Source: an uncultured delta proteobacterium (GTDB lineage: Bacteria; Desulfobacterota; Binatia; UBA9968). From it: a stretch of 64,000 bases of DNA. Below, one piece after another: positions 30,643-42,483 of the stretch; within the stretch, counting starts at the first letter, position 1; every line of letters starts with the position of its first letter. A program made the position numbers and the translations under genes. The notes beneath the pieces were generated by a model. It was not told the DNA's origin. It did not search any database and saw only the letters and a list, made by a program, of their open reading frames with translations. Where the stretch lies: the NCBI GenBank assembly GCA_963804165.1, contig CAWDPO010000023.1:32001-96000 (forward strand), written 5' to 3'.

Positions 30643-32982
30643 TTACTTCAGTGAGGTCGTCGTATTCCCCAGCCCCAGCAAACTGAAATTGAAACTAAAG
30701 CTCGTCTTGGCGGGGTTGATGGCCTGACTCACTGCGAATGTCATCGTCCAACACTCACAAAAGGAAAGCAATTTAGTGATTGCCCGGAAACCGAGGAAAC
30801 GGGAATCCCTGGCGTCGTACGTGCTGCTAAAATTGACGAGCAAATGGTCGGTGAGATGATACAACAGATTGCCGTTGATATTGCCCACCGTATCCTTATC
30901 AAAGCCGGTGCCGGGGCAACGCGGGTCGAGCGGATGCAGGACGCAGTCCGCCAGCGCATCCAGATCGATATTGGCATCGTCGGCGAGAAAGCTATTCGGC
31001 CCACGGCGTAAAAACTGATAGCTCAAACCGAGGGAATTTGGCCGATTAAAATCCGGATCGGGCGTCCGGCGCAGAATCGGTCGTGGATCGGTAATGCCGA
31101 AAGTTAACCGCGCCTGGCTGACATTCCATTTACCGGGATCGATGCCGCCGTCGAAGCTCACGTCCAGATAGGGCACGGGAGTAATCCTGAAGTTGAGATC
31201 GAGATCGGTTAAACTGTCGCCGCCTTTGCGCTCTTTGTCGATGTCGTAACTCAACGCCAGTCGGAGCGAAGCCATTTGGCGAACGTCTCCGGTGACCCCT
31301 GAACTAAGCACTTCGACATTGCTATCAGGTGGCGGTGCTCTGAGGCCGCTGACACTTTTGCCCCAGAAGCGATTGGACACGGCAAATGTCAATACGTTTC
31401 GGCGATTGATGCGGTCGATCTCGTCCATGATCGGAATGCGGCTTTGATTGACGCCCGGCACGAACAAGTAGCTGACTTCCGGCTCGAGGACGTGTTTGAC
31501 GTGGGTCAAGCCCAAGCTATTAAAGCCGAATACCCGGCTCACCGCCGTGCCGACGTTGGCGCGCATTTCGACCAGCTCGCGGGACACATTGTGGTCCGAG
31601 GATTTGACTGGAGAATAAAGATGGTAGACGGTCTCACGCGGCGCCACGCTCGCAGAACCGAAAACGCGAGAACCCAGTGAAAACGGCAGGATGGCTTCCG
31701 GTCTCAAGTCGAATCGCAAGCCATCGCCGCCCTCTCGTCGAATATAATTGACGCCGTCCGCGCGCCAGCGAAATTCGAGCGGAAAACTTGACAGCAAACG
31801 CCGGCCCCATAACGTGACCTGCGGCGTGCGCTGCAGTGTGCCGCTGTCGGGCTGAATGAAATCCTGATAGAAGTTCCATTCGCCCTTGAGGAATGTATCT
31901 CCCCAATTCCTGAACACGCCGAAGCGCGATGAGCCAAAGCGGCTGCGGATGATAGCCGATTCCTTCGTACCAGGCAAATCGAAGCGCTCGATCAACTCAC
32001 GGGTGAACAAATCATCACTGTAGGCCGCGAAATCGCTGAACGTGAGCCAGTCGTACGATGTACTGTACCGGTGCGAGCCAACAAGGTTCCAGCGGTCTCG
32101 CGGAATCGTCTGATCGGCGATGGTTCGGTCCACGACGTCATCCTGCGCGTTGTGCCGCCAACCCTCGTTGAAATAGGAGCTGTTGATGACGAAATCCGAG
32201 TCCCGATCGAACTTCGTGCGTAATTCACCGAGGAAACCGTAACGGGCGCGGGTCTCAAGGTCGAATTTCAGGGTGGCATCCGTGCTTTTTGAGAGGGCCC
32301 AGAAAAACGGCTGCAAATACCTGAAGCCCTCTTTCGTCGAGTTCCCCAGGGTGGGAAAAAGAAATCCGGTTTGCCGCTCACTTCTGAGAGGAAAAAGGCC
32401 GTAGGGCAAGTAGAATACAGGCACGTCCAAAATATAGAAATAGGCATTCTTGACCGTGCCCACCCCGTCGAGCGCCAGATCCATCTGTTCAACCGAAATT
32501 TTCCACTCCGGCCGTCCCGACTCACACAGACAGGTTGTAAAAAAGCCATCGTCGACGTGATAGGTTTGACCGCCCAGCTTTTGGAACCGACGCCCCGTCA
32601 TACTGATATGCCCGTCCTCAAGGAAGAGGTCGCCGTTTTGAATCTCGCCGGTCTCTTTCTCCAAGTTGAGTTGCATCGAGGCTGCCGACTTGATCTTCCA
32701 TTCCGGGTCGTCGACGGACACTTTCCCTTTCGCCTCGACATCCTGGGTTGCGCGATTGACGCGGACCTCTTCGGCTTTGAGAGTCGTTTCGCCGCGCTTG
32801 ATCTCCACATTGCCCGTGGCTTCGATTTGGTTTGAGCCGTTTCCCGTAGAAAGCTTGTCCGCCGTCACGTTGATTTGTTCGCCTGAGCCGCCGGCGGTTA
32901 CCTGTGCGGCTTGAGCTCGATACGTGAAGCTCAAAATCGCTGTTGCGAGTCCGAGAATGAGAAAACTGTTTTTGAGTCTCAT
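30643..32982 (-). CDS. lptD: LPS-assembly protein LptD
   Basis: OstA-like N-terminus (ATGNVEI), FTTC, PVFYLPY...RQTGFLFP, HVLEP, and CECW near the C-terminus. Confidence 0.88.
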   Translation of the reverse strand: MRLKNSFLILGLATAILSFTYRAQAAQVTAGGSGEQINVTADKLSTGNGSNQIEATGNVEIKRGETTLKAEEVRVNRATQDVEAKGKVSVDDPEWKIKSAASMQLNLEKETGEIQNGDLFLEDGHISMTGRRFQKLGGQTYHVDDGFFTTCLCESGRPEWKISVEQMDLALDGVGTVKNAYFYILDVPVFYLPYGLFPLRSERQTGFLFPTLGNSTKEGFRYLQPFFWALSKSTDATLKFDLETRARYGFLGELRTKFDRDSDFVINSSYFNEGWRHNAQDDVVDRTIADQTIPRDRWNLVGSHRYSTSYDWLTFSDFAAYSDDLFTRELIERFDLPGTKESAIIRSRFGSSRFGVFRNWGDTFLKGEWNFYQDFIQPDSGTLQRTPQVTLWGRRLLSSFPLEFRWRADGVNYIRREGGDGLRFDLRPEAILPFSLGSRVFGSASVAPRETVYHLYSPVKSSDHNVSRELVEMRANVGTAVSRVFGFNSLGLTHVKHVLEPEVSYLFVPGVNQSRIPIMDEIDRINRRNVLTFAVSNRFWGKSVSGLRAPPPDSNVEVLSSGVTGDVRQMASLRLALSYDIDKERKGGDSLTDLDLNFRITPVPYLDVSFDGGIDPGKWNVSQARLTFGITDPRPILRRTPDPDFNRPNSLGLSYQFLRRGPNSFLADDANIDLDALADCVLHPLDPRCPGTGFDKDTVGNINGNLLYHLTDHLLVNFSSTYDARDSRFLGFRAITKLLSFCECWTMTFAVSQAINPAKTSFSFNFSLLGLGNTTTSLK

Positions 32983-32994
32983 CGGGATTGAAAA

Positions 32995-34305
32995 CTAGAT
33001 GTGCGAATTCGCGTTGCCGGTCGGCGTGGTCCTCGCGGTGGCAATTTCCTCAAGCATCGGGCGCACTTCACCAAGAAGATAGAGAGAACCTGCCACCACG
33101 ATCATGTCGTCAGCGTGCGCTTCATCGAGCAGCGTGCGCAAGGCAGTCCGAGAGTTTGGAATCACCCGATGGGTAACGGGCTCAAGCATCTTTGCGGGAA
33201 ATTGTTGGGGGTCGGCGCTGCGCTCGATCTCGACCCGCGTGAAAACTACCTCATCCACTGCCTTAGTCACTGCGCGCAACATAATCTCCCATTCCTTGTC
33301 CGCCATGGTCGCGAACAGCAGTCTGATCCGGCGGCCCTGGCGTAAATCGGTCAATTCCTCGACAAGGGCTCTGATGCCTTCAGGGTTGTGGGCGCCGTCT
33401 AGGATAACCATAGGCTGCTCCAACATCACCTCGAGACGTCCGGGCCAGCGGACAGTCTCCAAACCTTGCCGTATCACGCTCTCGCCGATGGCGAAATTTT
33501 CCTGCGCCAATTCGAGAGCCGCCAGTGCCAGCGAAGCATTGGCTCGTTGGTGTCTCCCACGGAGCGCCAATTTCAGGTTTAAAAAATGGCGTTTTATACC
33601 TGTATAATCGAAAAGCCCTTCATTTTTCAAGAAAAAACTGAAATTTGTCCCTAGGGAGTAGGCCGGAGCGTGTCGTTCAAGGGCGATCCGCCCGAGCAAG
33701 GCCGAAACGTCCTGGGAAACCTTGCCACAAACGACGGGGACAGCGGGTTTAATGATCCCGCCCTTTTCGCGCGCGATCGACAACTCGTCCGGGCCTAGAT
33801 AGGCCTCGTGGTCTTTGGATATCGTTGTTATAAGAGAAACCAAGGGGGTGACCATGTTCGTTGCATCGAGCCTTCCGCCCAATCCCACTTCGACAACAGC
33901 GACATCCACTTGGCGGCGCGCAAAATAGATAAACGCCATCACAGTGACAAATTCGAAAAACGTCAACGGCACGTCGGCGGCCACCGTGCGCTGCCATATC
34001 TCATCCGCGAGTAAAACGACTTCATCCTGGCCGATCTCGCCGTCATCGATGCGGATGCGTTCGCTAAATGAAACCAAATGCGGCGAAGTATAAAGTCCGG
34101 TGCGGTAGCCCGCCAGGGACAAGATGCGGTGCAGCATCGCCGCGGTCGAACCCTTGCCATTAGTGCCGGCAATGTGAAAGGAGCGGAACTTATTTTCCGG
34201 ATGGTCGAACAAACCTAGCGCGCGATTCATTCGATCCAGTCGCAGATCGATCATTCCGCCGCGCAAGTTGTAAATTTTTAGGAGGGTGTCGGAATAATTA
34301 TCCAT
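32995..34305 (-). CDS. folC: Folylpolyglutamate/dihydrofolate synthase
   Basis: HIAGTNGKGST, YTSPHL, EVGLGGRLDATN and DGAHNP motifs. Confidence 0.96.
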   Translation of the reverse strand: MDNYSDTLLKIYNLRGGMIDLRLDRMNRALGLFDHPENKFRSFHIAGTNGKGSTAAMLHRILSLAGYRTGLYTSPHLVSFSERIRIDDGEIGQDEVVLLADEIWQRTVAADVPLTFFEFVTVMAFIYFARRQVDVAVVEVGLGGRLDATNMVTPLVSLITTISKDHEAYLGPDELSIAREKGGIIKPAVPVVCGKVSQDVSALLGRIALERHAPAYSLGTNFSFFLKNEGLFDYTGIKRHFLNLKLALRGRHQRANASLALAALELAQENFAIGESVIRQGLETVRWPGRLEVMLEQPMVILDGAHNPEGIRALVEELTDLRQGRRIRLLFATMADKEWEIMLRAVTKAVDEVVFTRVEIERSADPQQFPAKMLEPVTHRVIPNSRTALRTLLDEAHADDMIVVAGSLYLLGEVRPMLEEIATARTTPTGNANSHI

Positions 34306-34368
34306 GCGGCGCCTGCCGCCATCGCAAGAGCGAGTCGATTGCGGACGGGTGATTCGGTGGGCGGCGTT

Positions 34369-35187
34369 TCAATGCGCTTCTGATCTCACGACTTGCTTGA
34401 TCGCCCTCTTGAGCCGGGCGACAAAAGCTCCCGCCTGCCTGGCCTTGTTGCTGCTACCTTTGGTTTTTTCGATTTTTTCCACCAATGCGCTGCCGACGAC
34501 CGCGGCGTCTGCGAAGCCGGCGATCCACGCGGCCTGTTCGGGTGTCGAGATGCCGAAGCCGACACCGACCGGAAGAGAAGTCGCTTGACGCACGCGGGCT
34601 ACCTGCCCGCGCAGTGTATCGTCGAAGGAGCGCCGCGCGCCGGTTACGCCGGTCACCGAAACATAGTAAACGAAACCCCGGCTGGCGCGCCCGACTAATT
34701 CGACGCGGTCCACGCCGCTGGTCGGCGACAGCAGAAAAATCAAGTCCAATCCAGCACTGTCGGTCCAGCGTTTCAGCTCGCCACTTTCTTCCGGCGGTAG
34801 ATCGACGCACAGCACGCCGTCCGCACCCGATGTCGCGGCTTGGCACGCAAATTTTTCCAAACCGAAGCAAAAAAGCGGGTTGAAGTAACCGAACAAAACT
34901 ACGGGCACTTCCGAAGACTCGCGAAATTTACGCAGCAATCGAAAGATAGCGGGTAACGACACCGGTCGCTTGAGCGCGCGCTCGGACGAGCGTTGAATCG
35001 TTGGCCCGTCGGCCGTCGGATCCGAGAAGGGTATGCCGAGCTCGATACAATCAGCGCCACCCTGGTCGAGGGCTCGCATGATTTTGAGAGTCGTCTCGAG
35101 ATCGGGATCCCCCGCGGTAATAAATGGAATCAGCGCCGCTTCACCGCGTTTTTTCAATTCAGCAAAGGTTTTTTCAATTCGGCTCAT
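34369..35187 (-). CDS. trpA: Tryptophan synthase alpha chain
   Basis: ELGIPFSDPTADGPTIQ and VGFGIS. Start MSRI at 35187. Confidence 0.96.
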   Translation of the reverse strand: MSRIEKTFAELKKRGEAALIPFITAGDPDLETTLKIMRALDQGGADCIELGIPFSDPTADGPTIQRSSERALKRPVSLPAIFRLLRKFRESSEVPVVLFGYFNPLFCFGLEKFACQAATSGADGVLCVDLPPEESGELKRWTDSAGLDLIFLLSPTSGVDRVELVGRASRGFVYYVSVTGVTGARRSFDDTLRGQVARVRQATSLPVGVGFGISTPEQAAWIAGFADAAVVGSALVEKIEKTKGSSNKARQAGAFVARLKRAIKQVVRSEAH

Positions 35188-35199
35188 GGACTGCGATCT

Positions 35200-35289
35200 G
35201 TTCAAGGTTCAAAGTTCAAGGTTGTCAAAGAGCGGACAAAATTTGAGATATTGCCTTGCGGTTTTTAACCTTGAACGTTGAACTTTGAA
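35200..35289. repeat. Inverted heptamer tandem repeats (GTTCAAR)n ... (YTTGAAC)n between trpB and trpA
   Basis: gttcaaggttcaaagttcaaggtt (35200-35223) pairs with aaccttgaacgttgaactttgaa (35267-35289). Confidence 0.85.
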
Positions 35290-35295
35290 GCGTCT

Positions 35296-36516
35296 TTAGA
35301 GTTTCACTCCGAGATAATCGCCGACAGTCAGCATGTCCTTGTCACCTCGACCGGAAAGGTTGACGATGACCACCTGGCGTTTGCTTAAGCGGCGCGCCAG
35401 CTTTGTCACCGCGGCGATCGCGTGGGCGCTTTCGAGCGCCGGAATAATTCCTTCAATCTCCGCGAGCAACTTGACTGCATCGATGGCTTCCTGATCCGTC
35501 GCCGAGTCGAATTCCGCTCTGCCGGAATCGCGCAGGTAGCTCAGCTCCGGGCCCACACCCGGATAATCGAGCCCTGCCGCGATCGAATGCGTTTCCGTAA
35601 TCTGTCCCCGTTCATTCTGCAACACGTAACTCTTGCTACCGTGCAGCACACCGACCGTCCCGCCCTGGATCGACGCCGAATGTTTGCCCGAACGAAGGCC
35701 GTGGCCAGCCGCCTCGACACCGAGCATTTTGACGGTGGGGTCGCGCACGAAGGGATAAAAAAGTCCCATCGAATTGCTGCCGCCGCCGACGCAAGCAACG
35801 AGGTAGTCCGGCAGCCTTCCCTCTTTTTTGAGAATCTGGCGACGCGCTTCACGCCCGATGACCGATTGAAAGTCGCGCACCATCGTCGGATAGGGATGGG
35901 GGCCCGCCACCGAGCCAATGAGATAATACGTGCTGCGCACGTTGGTCACCCAATCGCGCAGCGCTTCGTTCATGGCGTCTTTGAGCGTCCGGCTGCCCGC
36001 TTCCACGACACGAACCCTTGCGCCGAGAAGCTTCATGCGAAAAACATTCAACGACTGGCGCTGCACGTCCTCGCTTCCCATGAATATTTCACACTGCAGA
36101 CCGAAGCGCGCGGCCACGGTCGCCGTCGCGACGCCGTGCTGGCCTGCGCCGGTCTCGGCGATGATGCGTTGCTTGCGCATCCTGCGGGCGAGCAGGATCT
36201 GGCCGATCGTGTTGTTGATCTTGTGCGCGCCGGTGTGGCACAAGTCTTCACGCTTAAGATAGATTTTTGCGCCGCCGACTTTCTCGGTTAGCCGTTCGGC
36301 AAAATAAAGCGGCGTTTCGCGACCGGCGTAGTCGTGCAAATAGAACTGAAGTTCCTTCCGAAACGCGCTGTCCCGCCGCACTCTGGCATACGCGTGTTCC
36401 AATTCGGTGAGCGCCGGCATTAGCGTCTCGGCGACGTACCGGCCGCCAAAGGGACCGAAATGGCCGTGCCGGTCAGGCACTTTTAGCAGCAGAGATAAAT
36501 TCTTCGAGTTTGCCAT
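35296..36516 (-). CDS. trpB: Tryptophan synthase beta chain
   Basis: [28 protein letters not shown] and NLSGRGDKD motifs. Confidence 0.97.
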   Translation of the reverse strand: MANSKNLSLLLKVPDRHGHFGPFGGRYVAETLMPALTELEHAYARVRRDSAFRKELQFYLHDYAGRETPLYFAERLTEKVGGAKIYLKREDLCHTGAHKINNTIGQILLARRMRKQRIIAETGAGQHGVATATVAARFGLQCEIFMGSEDVQRQSLNVFRMKLLGARVRVVEAGSRTLKDAMNEALRDWVTNVRSTYYLIGSVAGPHPYPTMVRDFQSVIGREARRQILKKEGRLPDYLVACVGGGSNSMGLFYPFVRDPTVKMLGVEAAGHGLRSGKHSASIQGGTVGVLHGSKSYVLQNERGQITETHSIAAGLDYPGVGPELSYLRDSGRAEFDSATDQEAIDAVKLLAEIEGIIPALESAHAIAAVTKLARRLSKRQVVIVNLSGRGDKDMLTVGDYLGVKL

Positions 36517-37102
36517 GATCTTTGATACCCGGACGAGCTTCCACACCGCTACAAACATCGACACCATAGGGCTTGATTCGGACAATCGCTTCAGCAACAT
36601 TCTCGACCCGAAGTCCGCCCGAAAGGATCAGCTTGCTCGCGTCGAACCCCTCAAGCCACTCCCACGGAAACGCCGTCCCCGAGCCGCCATATCCCGCCGA
36701 CCACGAGTCGAGCAAACAAAAATCCGCAGGAAAACCGCTCATGCCGGTGAGAGCCGCCTTGTCTTTCAGGCGAACCGCTTTGATCACTTTCATGCCCCAT
36801 CCGCGGCAAAATTCTTCGTTCTCTTCACCGTGGAACTGCAATCCACGGTAAGCTGGCCGGCCATTCGCCAATTGTCCAGCGTCAATCACTGCGCTGACTT
36901 TTGCTCTGGACTCGTTCACGAACAACGCCACATTGAAAGATTCGGCTGGCAATTGCGCGAGAATTTCGCGCGCCTCTGCCGGCGCAATGGCACGCGGACT
37001 CGGCGCATAAAAATTAAATCCAAGCATGTCGGCGCCGAGTTCCAGCGACTTTTCCGCGTCGGCCAAATTGGTAATTCCGCAAACTTTAACTTTCACAGCC
37101 AT
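36473..37102 (-). CDS. trpF: Phosphoribosylanthranilate isomerase
   Basis: VKVCGIT, QFHG, GGSG, LSGGL and GVDVCSGVE motifs. Confidence 0.95.
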   Translation of the reverse strand: MAVKVKVCGITNLADAEKSLELGADMLGFNFYAPSPRAIAPAEAREILAQLPAESFNVALFVNESRAKVSAVIDAGQLANGRPAYRGLQFHGEENEEFCRGWGMKVIKAVRLKDKAALTGMSGFPADFCLLDSWSAGYGGSGTAFPWEWLEGFDASKLILSGGLRVENVAEAIVRIKPYGVDVCSGVEARPGIKDHGKLEEFISAAKSA

Positions 37103-37152
37103 GAGTAATCAGTGGCGAGGCAGAGCCGACCCCAGGATTCCGTCCTCGCGCC

Positions 37153-37933
37153 TCAATCCTTCAACAACTCGGCCAACTTATTTCCCGGCGCCGGCGCGCG
37201 CATGAGCGACTCGCCGATCAAAAAGACATGAACGCCCAACTTTTCCACGACGACGGATCGGCGCCACGCCGTCGATGCCGCTCTCGCAGACGACCGGCGT
37301 GCCGGACGGCACGAGCGGCGCCAGTCGCTCCGTCGTGGATAGATCCACCTCAAACGTTTTGAGATCTCGATTGTTAATGCCGATCATTTGCGCGCCTGCC
37401 GCGATAGCGGATTCTAATTCAGTTTCCGTGTGCACCTCGACCAAGGCGTCCAACGACAGCGCGCTGGCCTGCTCACGCAGGTCACGCATCAACCCGGGAT
37501 CGAGCATCGCTGCGATGAACAGCACCGCGTCGGCGCCATAGCTCTTCGCTTCGACGATCTGGTACGGGTCGAGCATGAAATCTTTGCGCAGGAGCGGCAG
37601 GCTGACCGCGTCGCGGATCTGCTCCAGATGAGCCAAACTGCCCTGAAAAAAGCGTTCCTCGGTTAATACTGAAATGGCACTGGCGCCATGCGCGGCGTAG
37701 TCTTTCGCGATGGTCACGGCGTCAAAGTCGGCACGAATAAGCCCCTTTGACGGTGACGCTTTTTTCACTTCGGCGATAATTCGCCGCGTGTCTCCCGCTA
37801 AACCTCGCACGAAACCCCGGGTCGACACATGGAATAGCGGCCGGTCGTGCAGGACCTCAATTGGCGTCTCGCGCCGCCGGCCCTCGACGACTCCCCGCAC
37901 ATGCTCGGCAATAGTTGCGAGAATTTCAGCCAT
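37153..37933 (-). CDS. trpC: Indole-3-glycerol phosphate synthase (frameshift near C-terminus)
   Basis: IAEVKKASPSKG, LRKDF, GINNRDL and ESGI. The final LIGESLMRA is in another frame. Confidence 0.93.
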
Positions 37934-37939
37934 CGGAGG

Positions 37940-38959
37940 CTACGCGGCGTTGGTCATCTCGACCAACTGATTCAGCTTTTGGCGCGCTTTTCCGGAATCG
38001 ATGGATTCGGCCGCGAGCCCGATGCCGTCCTGGATCGTCGCGGCCTCGCCACTGATGTAAAGCGCCGCACCACTATTGAGCAAAACCACATCTCGGGCGG
38101 CACCCTTCTTGCCTTCCAACACGCCCGTGACAATCGCCGCGCTTAGATCCGGGTTACCACCGTGCAATTCTTCCAGACGGCAACGTTTGAACCCAAATAG
38201 CTCCGGTTCGATGGCATACTCTTTGACTTCGCCATCGCGTAGTTCGGCGACTTTGTCGGACCGCAAAGCGAGATTTCGTCAAGCCCCTCTAAACCATGGA
38301 CGACCAGCGCTCGCGCGCTGCCGAGATTTTTGAGCACGTGAGGCGATCATCGCCACCATCTCGCCATTGTATATGCCGATCAATTGATGGGTCGCCATCG
38401 CCGGATTGGTGAGCGGACCCAAAATATTGAAGATCGTGCGAATGCCAATATCGCGGCGCGGCTGCACCGCATACTTCATCGCCTCATGGAGCATCGGGGC
38501 GAACAGAAAGCCAATACCGATTTTGGCAATGCATTGCTCAACACACGTTCCTTCGGCGCGTCGACTTTGACGCCTAACGCGCCCAAGACATCGGCGCTGC
38601 CCGACTGGCTGGAAACCGAGCGATTGCCATGTTTGGCGACGTTGATGCCGGCGCCGGCCAGAACCAACGCCGTTGTCGTCGATATATTGAACGTGCCTTT
38701 CTGATCGCCGCCCGTGCCGCAGGTATCGAGCACGGTTTTTGCGGCGACGTTGCACCCGATGGGCCTTTTCGCGCATCACGCGCGCCGCGCCGGTGATCTC
38801 CTCGACGGTTTCGCCCTTCATGCGCAACGCTGTAAGAAACGCGGCGACTTGCAACGGCGACGCTTCACCGGTCATGATCTGGTTCATCACGTCGATCGTT
38901 TCCGCTTCGGAAAGATCGACGCGATTGACCATTTTTTCGATTGCTTCGCGAATACTCAT
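37940..38959 (-). CDS. trpD: Anthranilate phosphoribosyltransferase (several frameshifts)
   Basis: [41 protein letters not shown] and GLDEIS, spread over different frames. Confidence 0.92.
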
Positions 38960-38975
38960 GCTGATTGCCGCCGGC

Positions 38976-39690
38976 TCATTTGGTGGCCGCAAATGCTTTT
39001 GGATAATTTTCCTTGGTCCTCAATACGTCGACAATCTTGTCCGCTTCTTCGCGCGAGCCGTACTTACCGACGTTGACTCGAAACCAGGTTTTCCCCTTAT
39101 TCTGGACATCCGTGACATAGGCGTTGTAGCCCTTAATCTTGAGCCGATCAACTATCAGTTTCGCCGATCGTTCGTCCGGGATAAGCGTTGACCTGCGCGC
39201 GCCAGATTTTGTCGGAGTCCTTCTGCCTCAGTTACTGACCGTTTCGACCTTTTTCGCCGTATCCACCGCCGGCGCTGTCTTTTCGACTTTCTTTTCAGCG
39301 GTCTTGCTCAGGCGTGTCGGTGTTGGCGAGCGCTGCCTTTTCTTTGACGTCTGCCTTGACGATTTTCTCTAAAGGCGCACCTTTTGGCTCTTTCTTCGGC
39401 GGCGACTGCCCCGTCGCTCGCTTTGGTCGCGGATTCATTAAAGGTGATCTCGTCTTGGTGGTGTTGGTGTTGCTGGGGTGCCGCTGGTTTCCTTCGGCGA
39501 CTGGTTTGACCGGGATCTTGACCAACGGTTCTTCTTCTTGAGCGACTTTCTTTCCTCGATAGCCCTGGCCGACAAAAATCCCGAGAAAAAATATGAGGAT
39601 TGAACCAAACGTGAATGCCACGCCAAGCAAAACTAATTGGCCGCGGCTAAAGTAGAAGCGATTTTCTTTGCCCCTGCGATTTTCCGCCAT
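38976..39690 (-). CDS. SPOR-domain cell-division protein (FtsN/DedD-like), frameshifted
   Basis: N-terminal TM, low-complexity linker, and C-terminal LKIKGYNAYV...WFRVNVGKY.SREEA. Usual position downstream of argS. Confidence 0.8.
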
Positions 39691-39724
39691 GAAACTATTT
39701 CCTCGCGCCGCGTCGGGCGGACTC

Positions 39725-41406
39725 TTAACTTTCCGCATCCGCCCGGGCAGTCATTTTCAGAGGCGCTTGACACCCAAGATCTCCAGCCCGCAGCGAACGG
39801 TCTTCTGAACGTTTTCGATCAACAACAACCGTGCCCGGCTCAAATCAGTGTCTTCCGAGATGACGCGGATGACGGTTGTAGTAGCGATGAAATTCACCGG
39901 CCAAATCCAACAGATAAAAAACCAAACGATGGGGCTCGAGCTCGCGCACACTCTCTTCCAAGACGTCATTGAATTGGGTCATCTTGCGAATCAACTCAAG
40001 CTCTTCGGCCAACTCTAACCGTTCCACCGAAACGCGCCACGGTCGCCGAGCTCCATGCCGCTTTTGCTCGCTTGTTCAAAGATACTCGCGACTCGAGCGT
40101 GCGCGTACTGGACATAAAATACCGGATTATCGCTCGACTGTTTCTTGGCAAGATCCAAATCGAAGTCGAGATGACTGTCCGATTTGCGCATCAGAAAAAA
40201 AAACCGCGCCGCGTCGCGTCCCACCTCTTCCAAAACATCCTCGAGGGCGACGAACTCGCCCGTGCGCTTGCCCATGCGCACCGGCTCGCCGCCGCGCGTG
40301 AGCTGAACCATCTGCACCAGCACAACCTGCAAAAAGCTGGAGTCGTAGCCGAGCCCTTGAATTGCCGCTTTCAAACGCGGCACATAGCCATGATGATCCG
40401 CGCCCCAAACATTAATCAGTTTTTGAAAATGCCGCTCGAACTTGTTCCGGTGGTATGCGATATCGGCGGCGAAGTAAGTGAGCTCGCCGTCGCTTTTGAT
40501 GACCGCGCGATCCTTGTCGTCGCCAAACTGCGTCGATCTGTACCACTCGGCGCCCTCCTGCGAATAGAGCAACCCGCGCGTGCGCAATTCGTCCATCGCG
40601 CGATCGACCTCGCTGCGCCCACGCATGACCTTTTCGCTGAAGTAGGAATCGAATTCAATACCAAAATTCTTCAGCTGCGCGCGGATCGTGTTCAGTAAAG
40701 CATCACCGCCATACTCTTGAAAAAATCCTACCGCCGTTTCTTTCGGCTCGTGTAAGAATTTGTCGCCATGTTTTTGCTTCACCTCAGCGGCGATCTCGGT
40801 TACGTAATCGCCCGGATAACCGCCTTCGGGAAAATCAACTTTCTCACCGAACAATTCGCGGTAGCGCGCCATGATGGAAAGCCCGAGATTTTCCATCTGA
40901 TTGCCGGCGTCGTTGACGTAATATTCACGCTCGACGTTAAACCCCGTCGCCTCATGCAAGCGCGCCAGCACGTCGCCGATGACCGCCACTCGGCCGTGAC
41001 CGACGTGCAACGGGCCGGTGGGATTGACGCTGGCGAATTCGACCTGGACGCGCTCACCCTGTCCGAGATCGAGTCGCGCATGATTTCCGACCGCGAGCTC
41101 ACGCAGTCGAGCGTAATAGAATTTCGGCGCGAAGGTGAAATTTAAAAATCCCGGACCCGCGATTTCCTTGCGCGCCAGAATCCCGTCTGGATCCTCGATG
41201 TTTTTGAGAATCGCTTCCGCGATCGCCCGCGGCGGTTTTTTCGCGTTCTTCGCCCACAGCATGGCGAAGTTCGTCGCCAGGTCACCGAACTCGCGTTGCT
41301 TCGGCGGCTCAAGAAGCAGAGGGGGGAGCCCTGATGGATCGAGCGCTCCCCCCTCTGCCGTCTTCTCGACGGCTCGGGTCAGAAGTTCCCTAAGATGACT
41401 GCGCAT
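39725..41406 (-). CDS. argS: Arginine--tRNA ligase (frameshifts in the 3' part; 3' end approximate)
   Basis: VEFASVNPTGPLHVGHGR, WGADHHGY, MGKRTG and YVQYAHAR. The DALR domain is in other frames. Confidence 0.95.
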
Positions 41407-41504
41407 TTCTTCCTAGAATCAGTTTCTTCTGCTCCGGCGCGTCGACACTTCAACACCAGCACTTTCATGGGCGATTTTTGGTAAATTACCGCTATTTCAG
41501 CAAT

Positions 41505-41777
41505 TTAACGTAATGATTTCGTATGCGCAAACCGACGAGGCAGGCGCTCACTCAAATCCGTAATGTGACCACTAATCGTGCCATTCATTTCTTGATCTGG
41601 TTGAACCGACGGTGCTTCAAACATTCCACCGTAATACACTGGTCCAACGACGGGAACGAGCAGGATCAATGTCCATACCATCTTGCGGATTTTTGATGCG
41701 CGACTACGCCAGAGGTTCACCACGCACCAGAGGGCTATCGCTTCCGACGCCGCAGCGATAACGATAAGTAAAGTCAT
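41505..41777 (-). CDS. Small membrane protein (PLDc N-terminal-like)
   Basis: Two hydrophobic helices with KMVWTLILLVPVVGPVYY. Confidence 0.55.
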   Translation of the reverse strand: MTLLIVIAAASEAIALWCVVNLWRSRASKIRKMVWTLILLVPVVGPVYYGGMFEAPSVQPDQEMNGTISGHITDLSERLPRRFAHTKSLR

Positions 41778-41937
41778 CCTGCTTTGGTCGGCCTCAGCAA
41801 CCGCCGAATCTCCGGCGGAAACTTATGCCGAGGCGAATGTCCATTTAACGCCAAAGTGCGGCAGCGTTGGAACTTCTCGCGCGGCCCGGATATCGCCGGG
41901 ATCACAAAAGCTTTTATTGGGCCCAGGATCAAATCGG

Positions 41938-42480
41938 CTATCGCAAGGACAAGAACTTCGCGGGAACCATCTCGACAAGGTACAATGGACCGGAGGCGAA
42001 GAATCGAATCCCTTCGCCATGCGCCGACTGCGCGTCCACGATGAGAATAGCCGGCGCGGGATCATGCCGCCGAGCAACTGACTCGGCTTCCTCGGCGGAG
42101 ACACTCAAGTGAACGTATTGCCGGTCGCGCGGCTTGAGGCCGTTGCGCAGCATCGACTCCGCCAGGTCGCGCGCCGCCCCATAGTAAAGTTGGTCGGGAG
42201 GTTGCGCCGTCTCGTCGCCGAGCTCGACGGGGAACGAATGACCGTACGTGGCGCGCACTTTATTATCGCCTTGCAGTTCGAATCGCTGCTTTTTCGAGTC
42301 GGCGACGACAGCGCGGATGTCATCCTCGGTGACGTCATAGAAGCGCTCTTGCACCAGCTCAACTACGTCGGGCCAATCGACGAACCCGGACTTATCGAAC
42401 ACCAGCGGATACTCCTTGGGCCGATGGCGCAAAAGATAGGTGAGAAACCGGGAAATGCGTTCCGGCGGCAGTCCTGCCAT
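41938..42480 (-). CDS. kptA: RNA 2'-phosphotransferase (Tpt1/KptA)
   Basis: SRFLTYLLRH, KQRF, RATYGHS and RQYVHLS motifs. Confidence 0.88.
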   Translation of the reverse strand: MAGLPPERISRFLTYLLRHRPKEYPLVFDKSGFVDWPDVVELVQERFYDVTEDDIRAVVADSKKQRFELQGDNKVRATYGHSFPVELGDETAQPPDQLYYGAARDLAESMLRNGLKPRDRQYVHLSVSAEEAESVARRHDPAPAILIVDAQSAHGEGIRFFASGPLYLVEMVPAKFLSLR

Positions 42481-42483
42481 ACG

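Noticed and set aside
37153-41406. Frameshifts in trpC, trpD, the SPOR gene and argS read as pseudogenes or programmed frameshifting
   Set aside because: argS is essential, motifs continue intact in adjacent frames, and the indels are clustered regionally. Sequencing error is the simplest explanation, and the same caveat applies to the YfhO and CSLREA genes.
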